Translations under genes and position numbers: made by a program
Shown: positions 12,350 to 24,627 of the stretch, piece by piece
Position numbering within the stretch: position 1 is the first letter of the stretch
Layout of the letters: every line of letters starts with the position of its first letter
Assembly (NCBI GenBank): GCA_030390025.1
Contig: JASTWF010000180.1
Span: 186,001 to 250,000 of the forward strand
Source: Squalus acanthias
Lineage: Eukaryota
DNA: 64,000 bases
Reading direction: 5' to 3'
The notes under the pieces: model-generated
Told to the model about the DNA's origin: nothing
Seen by the model: the letters and a program-made list of their open reading frames with translations, nothing else
The model's database searches: none

Positions 12350-13426
12350 ATGCGGCTCAACATTTTCGCGGTGCTCTGGGTGACATTCCTTCTCGGTAAG
12401 AACTTTATAACTTCAAAAAGGAATTCATTTCTCGAGGAATACAATTGAAAAACAGAGCGGTTACGGTAAACTTGTATCGAACCTTGGTTAGACCAGACTT
12501 GGAGAAATGTGCTCAGCTCTGGTCTTCATATTACACAAAGACATGGAGGCACTAGAGAAAATGCAAGAAAAATTCACAAGAACGATACCAGAACTGAGCG
12601 ATTATAACTTTAGGAAAGATTCAACCGGCTTGGGCTCTTTACTCCAGCTTAGTCGCGACCCGATAGAGGTCTTTAAAATTACGAAGGTGATTGATCGGGT
12701 AGACGTAGAGATTATCTTCCACTTGCGGTGGAGTCCAAAACTCGGCGGCAGAAATATTAGATAATCACAAAAAAATCAACTAAGAAATTCAGGAGAAAAT
12801 TCATTACCAAGGTTAGAATGTGGAACTCGCTGACACAAGGAGGCGTTGAGACGAACAGCATAGATGCGTTTTAGGGAAAGTTAGATAAACGCATGAGGGA
12901 GAAAGGATTAGAAGGATATGCTACTAGGGAGAGATGAAGATGGTTGGGTGGAGGCTCGTGTGGAGCATAAACACGGCATAGACCAGTTGGCCGAATTACC
13001 TACTTCTGTGCAGTAAATTCTATTGAATTTTATGTAAAACTCGCTGCGCATTTTCACCGACAGTTCGGTTCAATTTGAACCTTTAATCGATGATTTCCGC
13101 TTTCTTTAACTGTGTGTTCCAGATCTGAGCGATGGAGATTCTGTTACTCAGCGGGAGCCCTCGCTCACACAGACAGAGGGAGAAGATGCCACTTTAACCT
13201 GCACCTATCCCGGCGATGGTTATTACTTATTCTGGTACCGCCAATATCCAAGCAGACAGCCTGAGTTTGCAGTCTGGAGGTACACGGGCGGCAGTACTGG
13301 CCTTAAGGCGGATTTCGCTCAAGGCCGGTTTTCCGATGCAGTCCAGCAGTCAGACAAGTTGTACCGATTGACCATCTCGGGGCTGCGGCTGACTGACACC
13401 GCGGTGTATTACTGTGCACTGAGCCT
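12350..13426 (+). CDS. TRAV/DV: TCR alpha/delta V segment A3, apparently functional (leader 12350-12395, V exon 13123-13426); not in the ORF track
   Basis: Leader MRLNIFAVLWVTFLL; V exon translated by hand with no stops (...TYPGDGYYLFWYRQYPSRQPEFAVWRYTGGSTGLK...YYCALS); RSS CACAGTG-23-ACAATAACT at 13427-13465. Confidence 0.92.
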
Positions 13427-13960
13427 CACAGTGATGGAACCGAGCTAAAGCCTCGTACAATAACTGCAGCAGGTTTCTGGGTCACAGCTGCTGTCTGTTG
13501 TGGGCTGTTTATCACAGCGGGTCAGACACTGACATGTGACTACATTCCTGTGCGCGCAGACCCCGAGCAGAATCCACATAAATGTCATAAAAAACCGTTC
13601 ACATCGAATACTGATTCCGTCTGATTATTGTATTAGTTGTGCGAGGTCAGCATTGGCTGCTGTTTATTTGTGTATCTCTGAGAACTCGCCAGTCCCATTG
13701 AGAATAAACACACCTGCCGGTTACTTGAACTGGTTATATCGATGCACCGCTGCTTCGGATATAACGCACGGCAAACGGACATATAATGATTGGTTTAAAA
13801 TATCATTCTACAGTGTAGAAAGAGATAGGTCGGGTGGGGAAGTTCACAATAATTCTAATAACGTTAATAAGCAATTCTCAATATTAAAGACACTTACACA
13901 TATTAACGTTAATGATCTTCTATATTCGCAGGTTCCAGGAAGTCACACTCAAGACAAAAT

Positions 13961-15197
13961 TAGAACGTATGAAATAGGAGCAGGAATCTGGCATTTGGCT
14001 CTTCGAACCTGCTCCGCCATTCAACAAGATCATGGCTGATCTTGGACCTCAACTCCATCTTCCCGCACTATCCCCATATCCCTTAATTCCCTTCATTCCC
14101 TAAAATTTATCGACCTCTGTCTTAAATATATTCAACGATCGAGCATCCACAGCTCTCTGGGGTACAACATTCCAAATATTCACAACCCTTTGAGTGAAGA
14201 AATTTTTGCTCATCTCAGTCCTAAATGTCCTACCGCTTATTCTGTGACTGTGAGCCCGTGTTCTAGATTCCCCAGCCAGGGAATACATTTGCCCCGCATT
14301 AACCCTGACAAGCCGTTTAAGAATGTTATACGTTTAAATTAGATCACCTCACATTCTTCTAAACTCTAAGGAATATAGACCAGTCTACTCAATCTCTATT
14401 CATAGACCAATCCCCACATCCCACGAACCAGTCTAGTGAAACTTCGCTGCACTCCCTCTAAGGCAAGTATGTCTTTCCTTAGGTAATGAGACCAAAACTG
14501 TACTCAGAACTCCAGGTGTGGCCTCACGAATGCCCTGTTTAATTGTGCTAAGACTTCTTACACATATACTCTAATCCCTTTGTAACAAAAGTTAACATAC
14601 CATTTGCTTTCCTAAATGCTTGTTGTACCTCAGTGTTAACTTTCTGTGATTCATGTACAAGGACACCCAGGTCCCTCTGACATTTCCCAGCCTCTCACTA
14701 TTCAAAATATATTATGCTTTTTTCCTTTTCCTACCAAAGTGGATAACTTCACACTTCCCCACATTATATTCCATTTGCAATATTCTTGCTCACTCAGTCA
14801 ACCGGTCTATATCCCGAAAATGACCCTTTTATTCATACTCTCTGTTTTCTGTCAATTAACTATTCCTCAATCCACGCTAATACATTACCCCCAATACCAT
14901 GTGTCCTAATTTTGTGTATGACCCTCATGTGTGGCACCTTATCGAATGCTTTTTGAAAAATCCAAATACAGTACATCCACTGGTACCCCCTTATCCATCC
15001 TACCAGTTACATCTTCAAAAAAACTCTAACGGATTTGTCAAACACGACTTCCCTTTCATAAAACCATGTTGACTTTGCCTAATCATATTATGACTTTATA
15101 AGTGCCCTAATAATAGTTTCTAGCATTTTTCCTGCTACTGATGTCAGGCTAACTGGCCTACAATTCTCCGTTTTTTCTCTTCCTCCTTTCTTAAATA
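13961..15197 (-). mobile_element. CR1 LINE, paralogue of 1709-2945
   Basis: Same insertion point and RT C-terminal motifs. Confidence 0.88.
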
Positions 15198-15291
15198 GCC
15201 GATCAACAAACATTAGTCGACTAATAATCTGTAGGACAGATGTGGTGTGTTCTATGCACCAGACCAGATAGTCAGAAGACTGTGACTGTGA

Positions 15292-15585
15292 CTGCTGACT
15301 GTGCCAATACACATAATGTGCAGCACCGCTTGTTGTCAAGATGTAGCCTGGTGTGAAATTACTTTCCTCCTCAAGCGTCATTTCAGGATCCGCCTGTTCC
15401 ACTGTGACTTGGTGGCTCCATTTTGACATAAAATAATAGTAATAGTCATTATCATCTCTATCATCACTGGACTAATAATAACATCTGGGTTGTAGCAATC
15501 AGGGGGAGAATGAATTTTAAGTGGAAAGGAAATACTTACTGAGAAGTGATATAATGATGAGGAGCGGTGCGAGAAGGTTCCGCAT
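15292..15585 (-). pseudogene. Inverted family-D V remnant
   Basis: Leader MRNLLAPLLIIISLL (15540-15585); acceptor AG>AA; truncated after WHSQQ. Confidence 0.85.
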
Positions 15586-16551
15586 TACGGTCCCTGAGTC
15601 TGTAACACTGCAGTCCGGCAAATCCTCTGTCAAAGCAGAAATACAGATCCCTGCCCCAATGCACTGCTGATCCAACCAATGCCAAACAGGGATCATCTGC
15701 AACAATCTTTCCAATAACACAGGACTTGCAAGGCGGGTCAGAGCGGGATCAGGAAACGGAAGCTGTGGGCGGGGCAGCAGCCGACTTAAAATTGAGCGAA
15801 TTCTGAGCTCTGTTTAACGCCAGAAATTGCGCGGCGCCGCTCAGCTGCACTCGGAGCTGATGGAGTGGAAAGGGTAATGGTTGGGTCTCGAGAAGTCTGT
15901 GGACAAACTGCTCCTGTTCACTGAACAAGTGACTGGGAATAAATAGAGGTGGGGAGAAATGAAGTGTTTGCACCGCTTCAGAAATAATGACCGGGTTCAA
16001 TCAGCTCCAATCTAGCGTTTGAGACACAATATCTGGCACACGTTGTTTTTATATATGAACAATAAACCCCAAATCACCTCAATGATCATATTCTAAATCG
16101 GATTGAAGAAAATCCGCCAGCAGAGAGCGCCAAACTCAAGCATGGTAATTAGAAAGCCACGTGATGCAAACACCAAAGCCAATAACGATCGAAGCCTGAG
16201 TGAGGTCACAATGGGGCCGCTCCGGGCAGTGTGTGGGTGGAACATTGAGCTGAACAACCCGGTTTACCGCTCTCCTTCTCAATCTTTGCCTTATTCCATT
16301 CCAAGTCACTGTGAGAGATTTAATCAGACATCTTTTTCATAATACTGGCGGCTCTGATGCACAGTCAGCAGTGGATTATATTTCAAAAACACAGGTCAGC
16401 AGATCGATGCAAAGAGTTTGCGCAGGGAATCAGAAATATCCATATGATGGACAATTTGGAACAGGGGCGGTTACACACACTCATGCAGATAGACGCAAGT
16501 TTAAAACGATACTGTTCAACCTCCTGTTCTTCTGTTCCCCTTTCTTCTCTG

Positions 16552-16627
16552 GCGGATTATGTGCAGATCCAGTAATTCAGTCTCCGGTGAAAATTGCCGT
16601 GTCAGCAGGGTGTTTAGTGCAGGTAGA
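16552..16627 (+). pseudogene. Family-C V 5' fragment C2, truncated by a LINE
   Basis: GGLCADPVIQSPVKIAVSAGCLVQVD then the T-run of a LINE tail; acceptor mutated to TG. Confidence 0.8.
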
Positions 16628-18090
16628 TTTTTTTCTATTCGCTTATGGGATCTGGGCATCGCTTGCATGGACAGCATTTATTCCCCATGCCTAGTTGCCC
16701 TTGAGAAGGTGGTGGTGAGCCGCCTTCTTGAACCGCTGCAGTCCCTGTGGTGAAGGCACTCCCACAGTGCTGTTAGAGAGGGAGTTCCTGGATTTTGACC
16801 CAACGACGATGAAGGATCGCCGATATACTTCTAAGGCAAGATGGTGTGTGACTTGGAGGGGTACTTGGAGGTGGTGGTGTTCCCATGCGCCTGCTGCCCT
16901 TGTCCTTCTAGATGGAAGAGGTCGCGGGTTTGGGAGGTGCTGCCGAAGAAGCCATGGCGAGTTGCTGCAGTGCATCTTGTACATGGTACACACTGCAGCC
17001 ACGGTACGCTGGTGGTGTAGGGAGTGAATGTTTAATGTGGTGGATGGGGTGCCAATCAAACGGGCTGCTTTGTCCTGGATAGTGTCGAGCTTCTTGAGTG
17101 TTTTGGAGCTGCACTCATCCAGGCAAGTAGAGAGTATTCCATCACACTCCTGACTTGTGCCTTGCAGATGGTGGAAAGGCTTTGGGGAGTCAGGAGGAGA
17201 GACACTCGCCGCAGAATACCCAGCCTCTGACCTACTCTTGTTGCCACAGTATTTATGTGGCTGGTCTAGTTAAGTTTCTGGTCAATGGTGACCCCTAGGA
17301 TGTTGATGGGAGGGGAATCGGTGAAGTTAATGCCGTTGAATGTCAAGTGCACATCGTTGGAATCTCGCTTGTTGGAGATAATCATTGCCTGCCACTTGTG
17401 TGGCGCGAATGATAGCTGCCACTTATCAGCCCAAGCCTGAACGTCATCCAGGTCTTGTTGCATGCGGGCATGGACTGCTTCATTATCTGAGGAGTTGTGA
17501 ATGGGGCTGAACATTGTGCAGTTATCAGCAAACATCCCCTTCTGACCTTATGTTGGAAGGAAGGTGATTGATGAAGCAGCTGAAGATGGTTGGTCCTAGG
17601 ACACTGCCCTGAGGAACTCCTGCCTCGATGTCCTGGAGCTGTGATGATTGACCTTCAAACACCACAATCATCTTCCTTTGTGCTAGGTATGACTCCAGCC
17701 AGTGGAACGTTTTCCCCTTGATTCCCATTGACTTCTATTTTACTAGGACTCCTTGATGCCACACTCGGTCAAAGGCTGTCTTGATGTCAAGGGCAGTCAT
17801 TCTCGCAGCACCTCTGGAATTCAGCTCCTTTGCCAATGTTTGGACCAAGGCTGTAATGAGCTCGGGAGCCGAGTGATCTTGGCGGAACCCAAACTGGGTA
17901 TCAGTGAGCAGGTTATTGGTGAGTAAGTTCCGCTGGATAGCATTGTCGATGACACCTTCCATCACTTTGCTGATGATTGAGAGTAAACTGATGGGGCGGT
18001 AATTGGCCGGATTGGATTTGACCTGCTTTTTGAGGACAGGACATACCTGGGCAGTTTTCCACAATGTCGGATAGATGCCAGTGTTGTACA
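16628..18090 (-). mobile_element. Non-LTR retrotransposon of the CR1/L2-group, distinct from the main CR1 family; 5'-truncated with an A-tail
   Basis: NYRPISLLSIISKVME, QFGFR, ALDIKTAFDRVWH, GVPQGSVLGP, MFADNC; A-rich tail reads as a T-run at 16628-16634. Confidence 0.88.
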
Positions 18091-18293
18091 AACCCTGAGC
18101 TTTTCTGGTAATTGCAGATTCCCGGTTGGGCCCCAGTAAACCTGCTGTTTATCAACAAATACAACACGTTCCCAGCCGACACCGCCAAGGACCGTTTTAC
18201 AGCGGAGCTGAGCGCAGAAGGGGGCGCGGTTCGGCTGAGAGTTTCTGGGGCGGAGCTGTCAGACGGCACCGTGTATTACTGCGCGCTGAGAGC
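18087..18293 (+). pseudogene. Family-B V 3' fragment B2
   Basis: NPELFW*LQ...DGTVYYCALRA; no leader or FR1; RSS CACAGCT-23-ACAAAAACT at 18294-18332. Confidence 0.85.
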
Positions 18294-19897
18294 CACAGCT
18301 GCACAGCTCTGTGACCGTCCTGTACAAAAACTGCAGCACACCGCGTGTAACTAGAACAGTGTGTGGCCGGAATACCCGCCTGTGATGTTCTGAATCAGAA
18401 CAATTACTGTCAGGAGAGAATATTCCCACCGGGCAGCTCCCAACAGCTCTGAATGCAGGAGTATGGTTTTAGATTTCATTCACTCTTTAATAAGGGATGA
18501 GCAGGAGGAAAGCCGCGCAGATTTAATAGGCCAACGGACCGTGTAATGTGTGTTCAATTTCAAGTTTCCCTCTTCACTGCCGCTGTGTTTTTTCATTTTC
18601 ACACCCCTTAAACCAGCACAGAATTGTGCAGCTTTGCTTAGGTTTGGGTTTATATTCAAAGGGCTCTAAACCGTCCCTTTTTGAGCGTTTGTTTAATTTC
18701 TGTTGGTGTGTGACGGCTCAACGAGAGCAATAATTTCATTCTCCTGTAACATTCCTGTTTACACCGAGGTGTCCGCTCTGTGCGGGAGATTTCCTCTGGT
18801 CGCTACTTTTAGTGACATAGTGAACGCGTTCCAACAGAATGAATGACCATTCTACTGAACTAGCGATCAGACGAGATTTCCCGCTGTGTTTGGCTGTCTC
18901 TCAGGTCAATTAGAGATCAAGCTGTCTCTCAGGTCAATTAGAGATCAAGCTCTCTCTGAGGTCAGTTTGAGATTAAGCTGTCTCTCGGGTCAATTAGAGA
19001 TCAAGCTGTCTCTCGGGTCAATTAGAGATCAAGCTATCTCTCAAGTCAATTAGAGATCACTCTGTGTCTTTTTCTCAGTCTTTCTCGCTCTGATCAGCAG
19101 AATGAGACGTTAATGTCCCAGTTCTCTGAAATAAACTACTGGTTAAAGACTTGACATCAGACGAGCCCCAGTTGGCACTCTCATTTCTTTCTGATTGATG
19201 TTCTGCAGGAAGTGACATCAGACCAGCCCAACTGGAGCATTCATTTCATTCTTCTGTGACATACTACACTGAACTATCCGCTCCGTCGGGTAGATTTCCT
19301 CTGCTCGCTACTTCTAGTGACATAGTGGACGCATTCTAACAGAATGAATGACGATTCTACTGAACTAGCGATCAGAGGAGATTTCCCGCTGTGTTTGGGA
19401 TGTCGTTAACACAGGGAGACCAGAGAAACTCTTCCCCTTGTTTATCCCCAGCAGAAGGTTAATCAAACCCGATCTCCTGTCAACCACCTCAGCCTGATTA
19501 CTGACAGTGAGTGCAACAAACTGAACATCTTCATCTACATTCAAATAGTTTTTGTCACTTTGAGACTACTTTCCTCAGAGATCAAACTGTTTCTCCGGTC
19601 AATTAGAGACCCAGCTGTCTCTTGTGTCAATTGGAGAGCAAACTGTCTCGGATCCGTTCGAGATCAAGATGTCTCTCAGATCAATTATAAATTAAGCTGT
19701 CTCTTTTTATTATTTTTTCTGGTTCTGATCAGCAGAATGTGACGTTATTGGATGACGCAGTTCTCTGTAATAAACACATACTTGTGGTTAAGGGAGTGAC
19801 GTCAGACCAGACCCAGCCGGCGCACTCAGCTCTTTCTATTTGAGGTTCTGCAGTTTTCTGAGACCCAAAAAGTCCCTCGAATAACGGAGTAGCAGTC

Positions 19898-20942
19898 ATG
19901 CAGCTCTCCTTTCTCGCTGTGGTCTGGCTGACATTCATTTTCGGTAAGAAGTTTATAACTTCTAAAACGGTTTTCGAGGAATACAATTGAAAACCATAGA
20001 ATTTGTGTTAGCCTTTGGTTAGACAATACTTGTACCGTGCACAGGACTGGTCACCATATTATAGAAAAAGTATGGCGGCACTGGCGAAGATTCAAAAAAT
20101 TGCAAGGATGATACAAGAACTGAGAAATTATAACTATCAGCAAAGACTAAGCAAGCTGGGGCTCTTTTCTTTAGAAAAGAGAACGCTGAGAGGTGACCTG
20201 ATAGAGATCTTTAAAATTATAAATGGTTTGATAGGATAGACGTAGAGAATATGTTTTTACTTGTGGGGAATTCCAAAACTAGGGGCCAGCAATGTAAGAT
20301 AATCACAAAAATTCCAGTAGCGAATTCTGGAGAAACTTATTTACCCAGAGAGTGGTGAGAATGTGGAACTCGCTACCACAGGGGGTGGTTGAGACGAAGA
20401 GCATAGATACAATTAAGTGGAGGCTGAATAAGTACATGAGGCAGAAAGGAGCAGAAAGATATGCTGATAGGGTTAGATGAAGGGTGGGTTGGAGTATACA
20501 CACTGATATAGATCAGTTGGCTGAATGGCCTATTTCTGTGCAGTAAATTCTTTTTAAGTTTATGTAAAACTCACTGTCAGTTGGTTCAGTTTGACCCTTT
20601 AACAGATAAATCCCGCTTTCTTTAACCATGTGTTCTAGATTTGAGCGATGGAGATTCTGTTACTCAGCGGGAGCCCTCGCTCACGCAGACAGAGGGAGAA
20701 GATGCCACTTTAACCTGCACCTATTACGCCGATGGTTATTACTTGTTCTGGTACCGCCAATACCCAGGCAGACAGTCCGAATTTGCAGTCCAGACGCACA
20801 CGGACGGCAGTTCTGAACATAATGCGGATTTCGCTCAGGACCGTTTTTCTGATGCAGTCCAGCAGTCAGACAAGTTGTACCGATTAACCATCTCGGGGCT
20901 GCGGCTGACTGACACCGCGATGTATTACTGTGCAGTGAGTCT
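19898..20942 (+). CDS. TRAV/DV: TCR alpha/delta V segment A4, open frame with variant RSS (leader 19898-19943, V exon 20639-20942)
   Basis: Leader MQLSFLAVVWLTFIF; open V ending DTAMYYCAVS; RSS CACAATG-22-ACAATAACT at 20943-20980. Confidence 0.88.
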
Positions 20943-21279
20943 CACAATGATTTAACGAGCTAAAGCCTCGTACAATAACTGCCGCAGGTTTCTGGGTCAC
21001 AGCTGCTGTCTATTGTGGACTGTTTATCACAGCGGGTCAGACACTGACTCGTGAATACATTCCTGAGCGCACAGACCCCGATCAGAATCCACATAAAACT
21101 CATATAAAACCCTTCACATCGAATACTGATTCCGTCTGATTATTGTATTAACTGTGTGTGGGCAGAAATGGCTGCTGTTTATTTGTGTATCTCAGGGAAC
21201 TCGCCAGTCCCATTGAGAATACACACACTTGCGAGTTACTGCAACTGGTTATATCGATGCACTGCTGCTTCGGATATAA

Positions 21280-22548
21280 CATAAGAACATAATAACATCA
21301 GAAATAAGAGTCAGGAGTCGGCCATTTGGCCATTCAAGCCTGCTCCGCCATTCAATAAGATCATTGCTGATCTTCTACCTCATCTCCACTTTCCTGCACT
21401 ATCCGCATATCCCTTGATTCTCTTAATATTCAAAAATATTTCGAACTCTTTAATGGATATACTCAACAACTGAGCCTCCACAGACCTCTTGGGTAGAGAA
21501 TCTAAAGATTCACCACCAACTGAGTAAAGAAATGTCTCCTCATCTCAGTCCTGAATGGCCGGCCCCTTATTTTGAGACTGTGATCCCTGGTTCTAGACTC
21601 CGCAGGCAGGGGAAACATCCTCCCAGCATCTACCCTGTCAAGCCCTGTAAGAATTTTGAATGTTTCAATGAGATCACCTCTCATACTTCTAAACTCTAGA
21701 GAATATAGGCCTAGTCTACTCAATCTCTCCTTATAGGACAATCCCCCCATCGCAGGAACCAGTCTGGTGAACCTTCGTTGTACTCCCTCTATGGCAAGTT
21801 TATCCTTCCTTAGGTAAGGATACCAAAACTGTACACAGTACTCCAGGTGTGGTCTCATCAGGGCCCTATATAATTGCAGTAAGACGTCTCTACTCTTCTG
21901 CTCAAATCCTCTTGTAATAAAGTTAAGCTACCATTTGCTTTCCTAATTGCTTGCTTTTCCTGCATGTTAACTTTCTGTGATTCGTGTACAAGGACACCCA
22001 GGTTCCTCTGAACACCAACATTTCCCAATCTCTCACCATTTAAAAATACTCTGTTTTTCTATTTTTCCTACCAAACTGGATAACTTCACATTTCTCCACT
22101 CTAATTGCATTTGCCATGTTCTTGCCTCTCACTTAGCCTGTCTATATCTCCTTGAAGCCTCCACACATCCTCCTCATAATTTACATTCCCACCCAGCTTT
22201 GTATCAACAACAAACTTGGATATATTACAATTGGTCCCCTCATCCAAAGCATTGATTGAGATTGTGAATAACGGAGCCACAAGCACTGATCCTTGCGGCT
22301 CCCCGCTAGTTACAGCCTGCCAATCCGAAAAGGACCCGTTTATTGCTACTCTCCCTTTTCTGTCCGTTAACCAATCCTCAATCCATGCTTGTATATTACC
22401 CCCAATCCCCTGAGCTCTAATTTTGTTTAGTAACCTCTTGTGTGGCACCTTATCGAATGCCTTCTCAAAATCTAAGTACACCACGTCCACCGGTGCCCCC
22501 TTATCTATTCTGCTAGTAACAACGTCAAAAAACAGATTTGTCAAACAC
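21280..22548 (-). mobile_element. CR1 LINE, 5'-truncated
   Basis: YLDFEKAFDKVPH, QGSVL, RPHLEYCVQFW motifs; (CATAAGAA) tail near 21280. Confidence 0.9.
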
Positions 22549-22727
22549 GTAATCGATTTCAAAGCTCAGGGTAATGTGGGCCGCTGAAAGACACACTCCG
22601 GTGACACTGAAATTTAAAGTAAAGAAATAGCAGTTTTGCTGAATAATCATTTTGTATGGGTCTTCACATCTGCCCGCCGATATATCCGGCTTCAGCCGGC
22701 GGAGCATCTGATCTACAAAGCGGAGGG

Positions 22728-22766
22728 AGTTTCTGTACGAGTGTTTAACTGGTTTCCATCACTGTG
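22728..22766 (-). other. 23-RSS of the inverted family-E V
   Basis: Minus strand CACAGTG + 23 nt + ACAGAAACT. Confidence 0.92.
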
Positions 22767-23325
22767 GGTCCCAGGGCACAGTAATAAACTGCAGTATCGG
22801 TCAGCTGCAGCCCCCAGATGGTTAAACTGGTGAATTTAGTGGCGCTGTCGAGTTGTGCTGAAAAACGGGTTTGGCCAAAATGTGTTTTATCTTCAGAACC
22901 GCTAACGTATTTAGTCAGAAGAAACTCGCGCTGTGTTTCAGGGTGTTGCCAATAACATTATATATAATAGCCGCCGCCCCATGTAGTATTATAGGTGCAG
23001 TTTAGAGTCACCGCTTCTCCTTCTGTCTTGACTCCCGAAGACAGCGGCTGAGTGCCAGAATCTCCAAGACTCGGATCTGAAAAACATGTTCAAACAGGAA
23101 ACGATCAGACCGGCGGGTTTTTAAAATTCAGATTTAATGAATGTAGGAAATGAGAGTAAAGATATAATGTGTGTTGTTCACCATCATCATCATCACCATC
23201 ATTTTACGAACATAATAATAACATCTGGGTTACAGCAGTCAGGGGGAGAATGGGTTTTTACTGGGAAGCAAATACTTACTTAGAAGTGATATAATGATGA
23301 GGTGCGGTCCGAGACGGTTCCACAT
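22767..23325 (-). pseudogene. Inverted family-E V pseudogene, full length (leader 23280-23325, V exon 22767-23076); absent from the ORF track
   Basis: Leader MWNRLGPHLIIISLL; V reads NPSLGDSGTQPLSSGVKTEGEAVTLNCTYNTTWGGGYYI*CYWQHPETQREFLLTKYVSGSEDKTHFGQTRFSAQLDSATKFTSLTIWGLQLTDTAVYYCALG; stop at 22958-22960 and Trp41>Cys. Confidence 0.9.
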
Positions 23326-24627
23326 GACGCTCCCTGAGTCTGTAACTCTGCAGTCCGGGAAATCCCCTGTCGGAGCAGAAATACAGATCCCCAACCCACA
23401 GCACTGCGGATCCAACCAATGCTAAAGAGGGAACAGCGGAAACAATCTCTCCAATAACACAGGGCTGGCAATGCGGGTCAGAGCGAGAGCAGCAAACGGA
23501 AGCTGTGGGCGGGGCTGCCGCGGGCAGTGATGTCACAGGCAGGATCCATCTGTAAGAAACTGTCGCACTGTCCTCACTTAATCTGACAATGATCCCTTTC
23601 TACTTTCTTTGAATGAAACCATCCCAATGAAACAAATCCCAGCACTTATGACCTGCCGCTGGCGGATGTGCGAGTGTTTTAATCAGCACCCTGTCCCAGT
23701 GCCTGACTTCAGTGACATCTAGCAGAGTGTCAGACAGTTCATGCATTAAAACATATCCCGCAATATTATTTTAAATTGAACTGTTGAAGGAGAACAGGGT
23801 AGCACGGGTTCAAACTGTAAAATGTAATTATAAGACAATATCTTCTTCACACATGGAAAGTGGTGAATGTATGAAACAAGATTGCGGATAGAGTGGTGGA
23901 GGAACATGCCTAAGTATCATTTAAGGAAAAGTTTGAGGCCACATTAAGACTGGGAGGGTAGTATCTCTCTGGATCGATGTGACAATACGGGCCGAATGGT
24001 TTCCATCATTCCGATTGATCTTGTGAACTGGAACAAGGCAGGAGTTGTACCTTGTAGTTACATGTAGTGGCCACCAGAGGACAGTGGGAGTATGTGTTCA
24101 CTTGGTTTCACTGTCGGGGCTCGTCACAGACTGAAAACGTTGTTCAGTAAATTTATTGAAGAAAAGGCATTAAAGAAACAATTCAGAAACAAAGGCATTG
24201 CTTTGAAATTGATCTCTGTGTGTTTATGGTTTATTACCATTTTTATTGAGATTTATCGATGTTATTATTACTGTTGATATGTTGTAAATATTAGCAAGAA
24301 AAGTCCACACTCCATCCTTGTAGGGAAGGAGACGGGTTCAAAATATCAAGGCAGATTTTAGGACTGGTATCCGGAAATTCTTCTTCACACACAACTTTAT
24401 CAATGTGTGGAATAAACTTCCAGTTAGAATGGGGGAGGCAATACATTGGAATCATTAGATGTTACAACGGAAGGCGAGAGAAAGGATCTCTCTGGATGAC
24501 GGAGCCATCCCGAGAAGAAGCAAGTAGCTCAGCTCATTTGTCATTAGCTCGTGAACTGCAACGTTTCGGGAATTGGCGTCACAAATTGCACCACGCAATT
24601 ACCAGTATTCGAGACAAGAGGGCAGTG

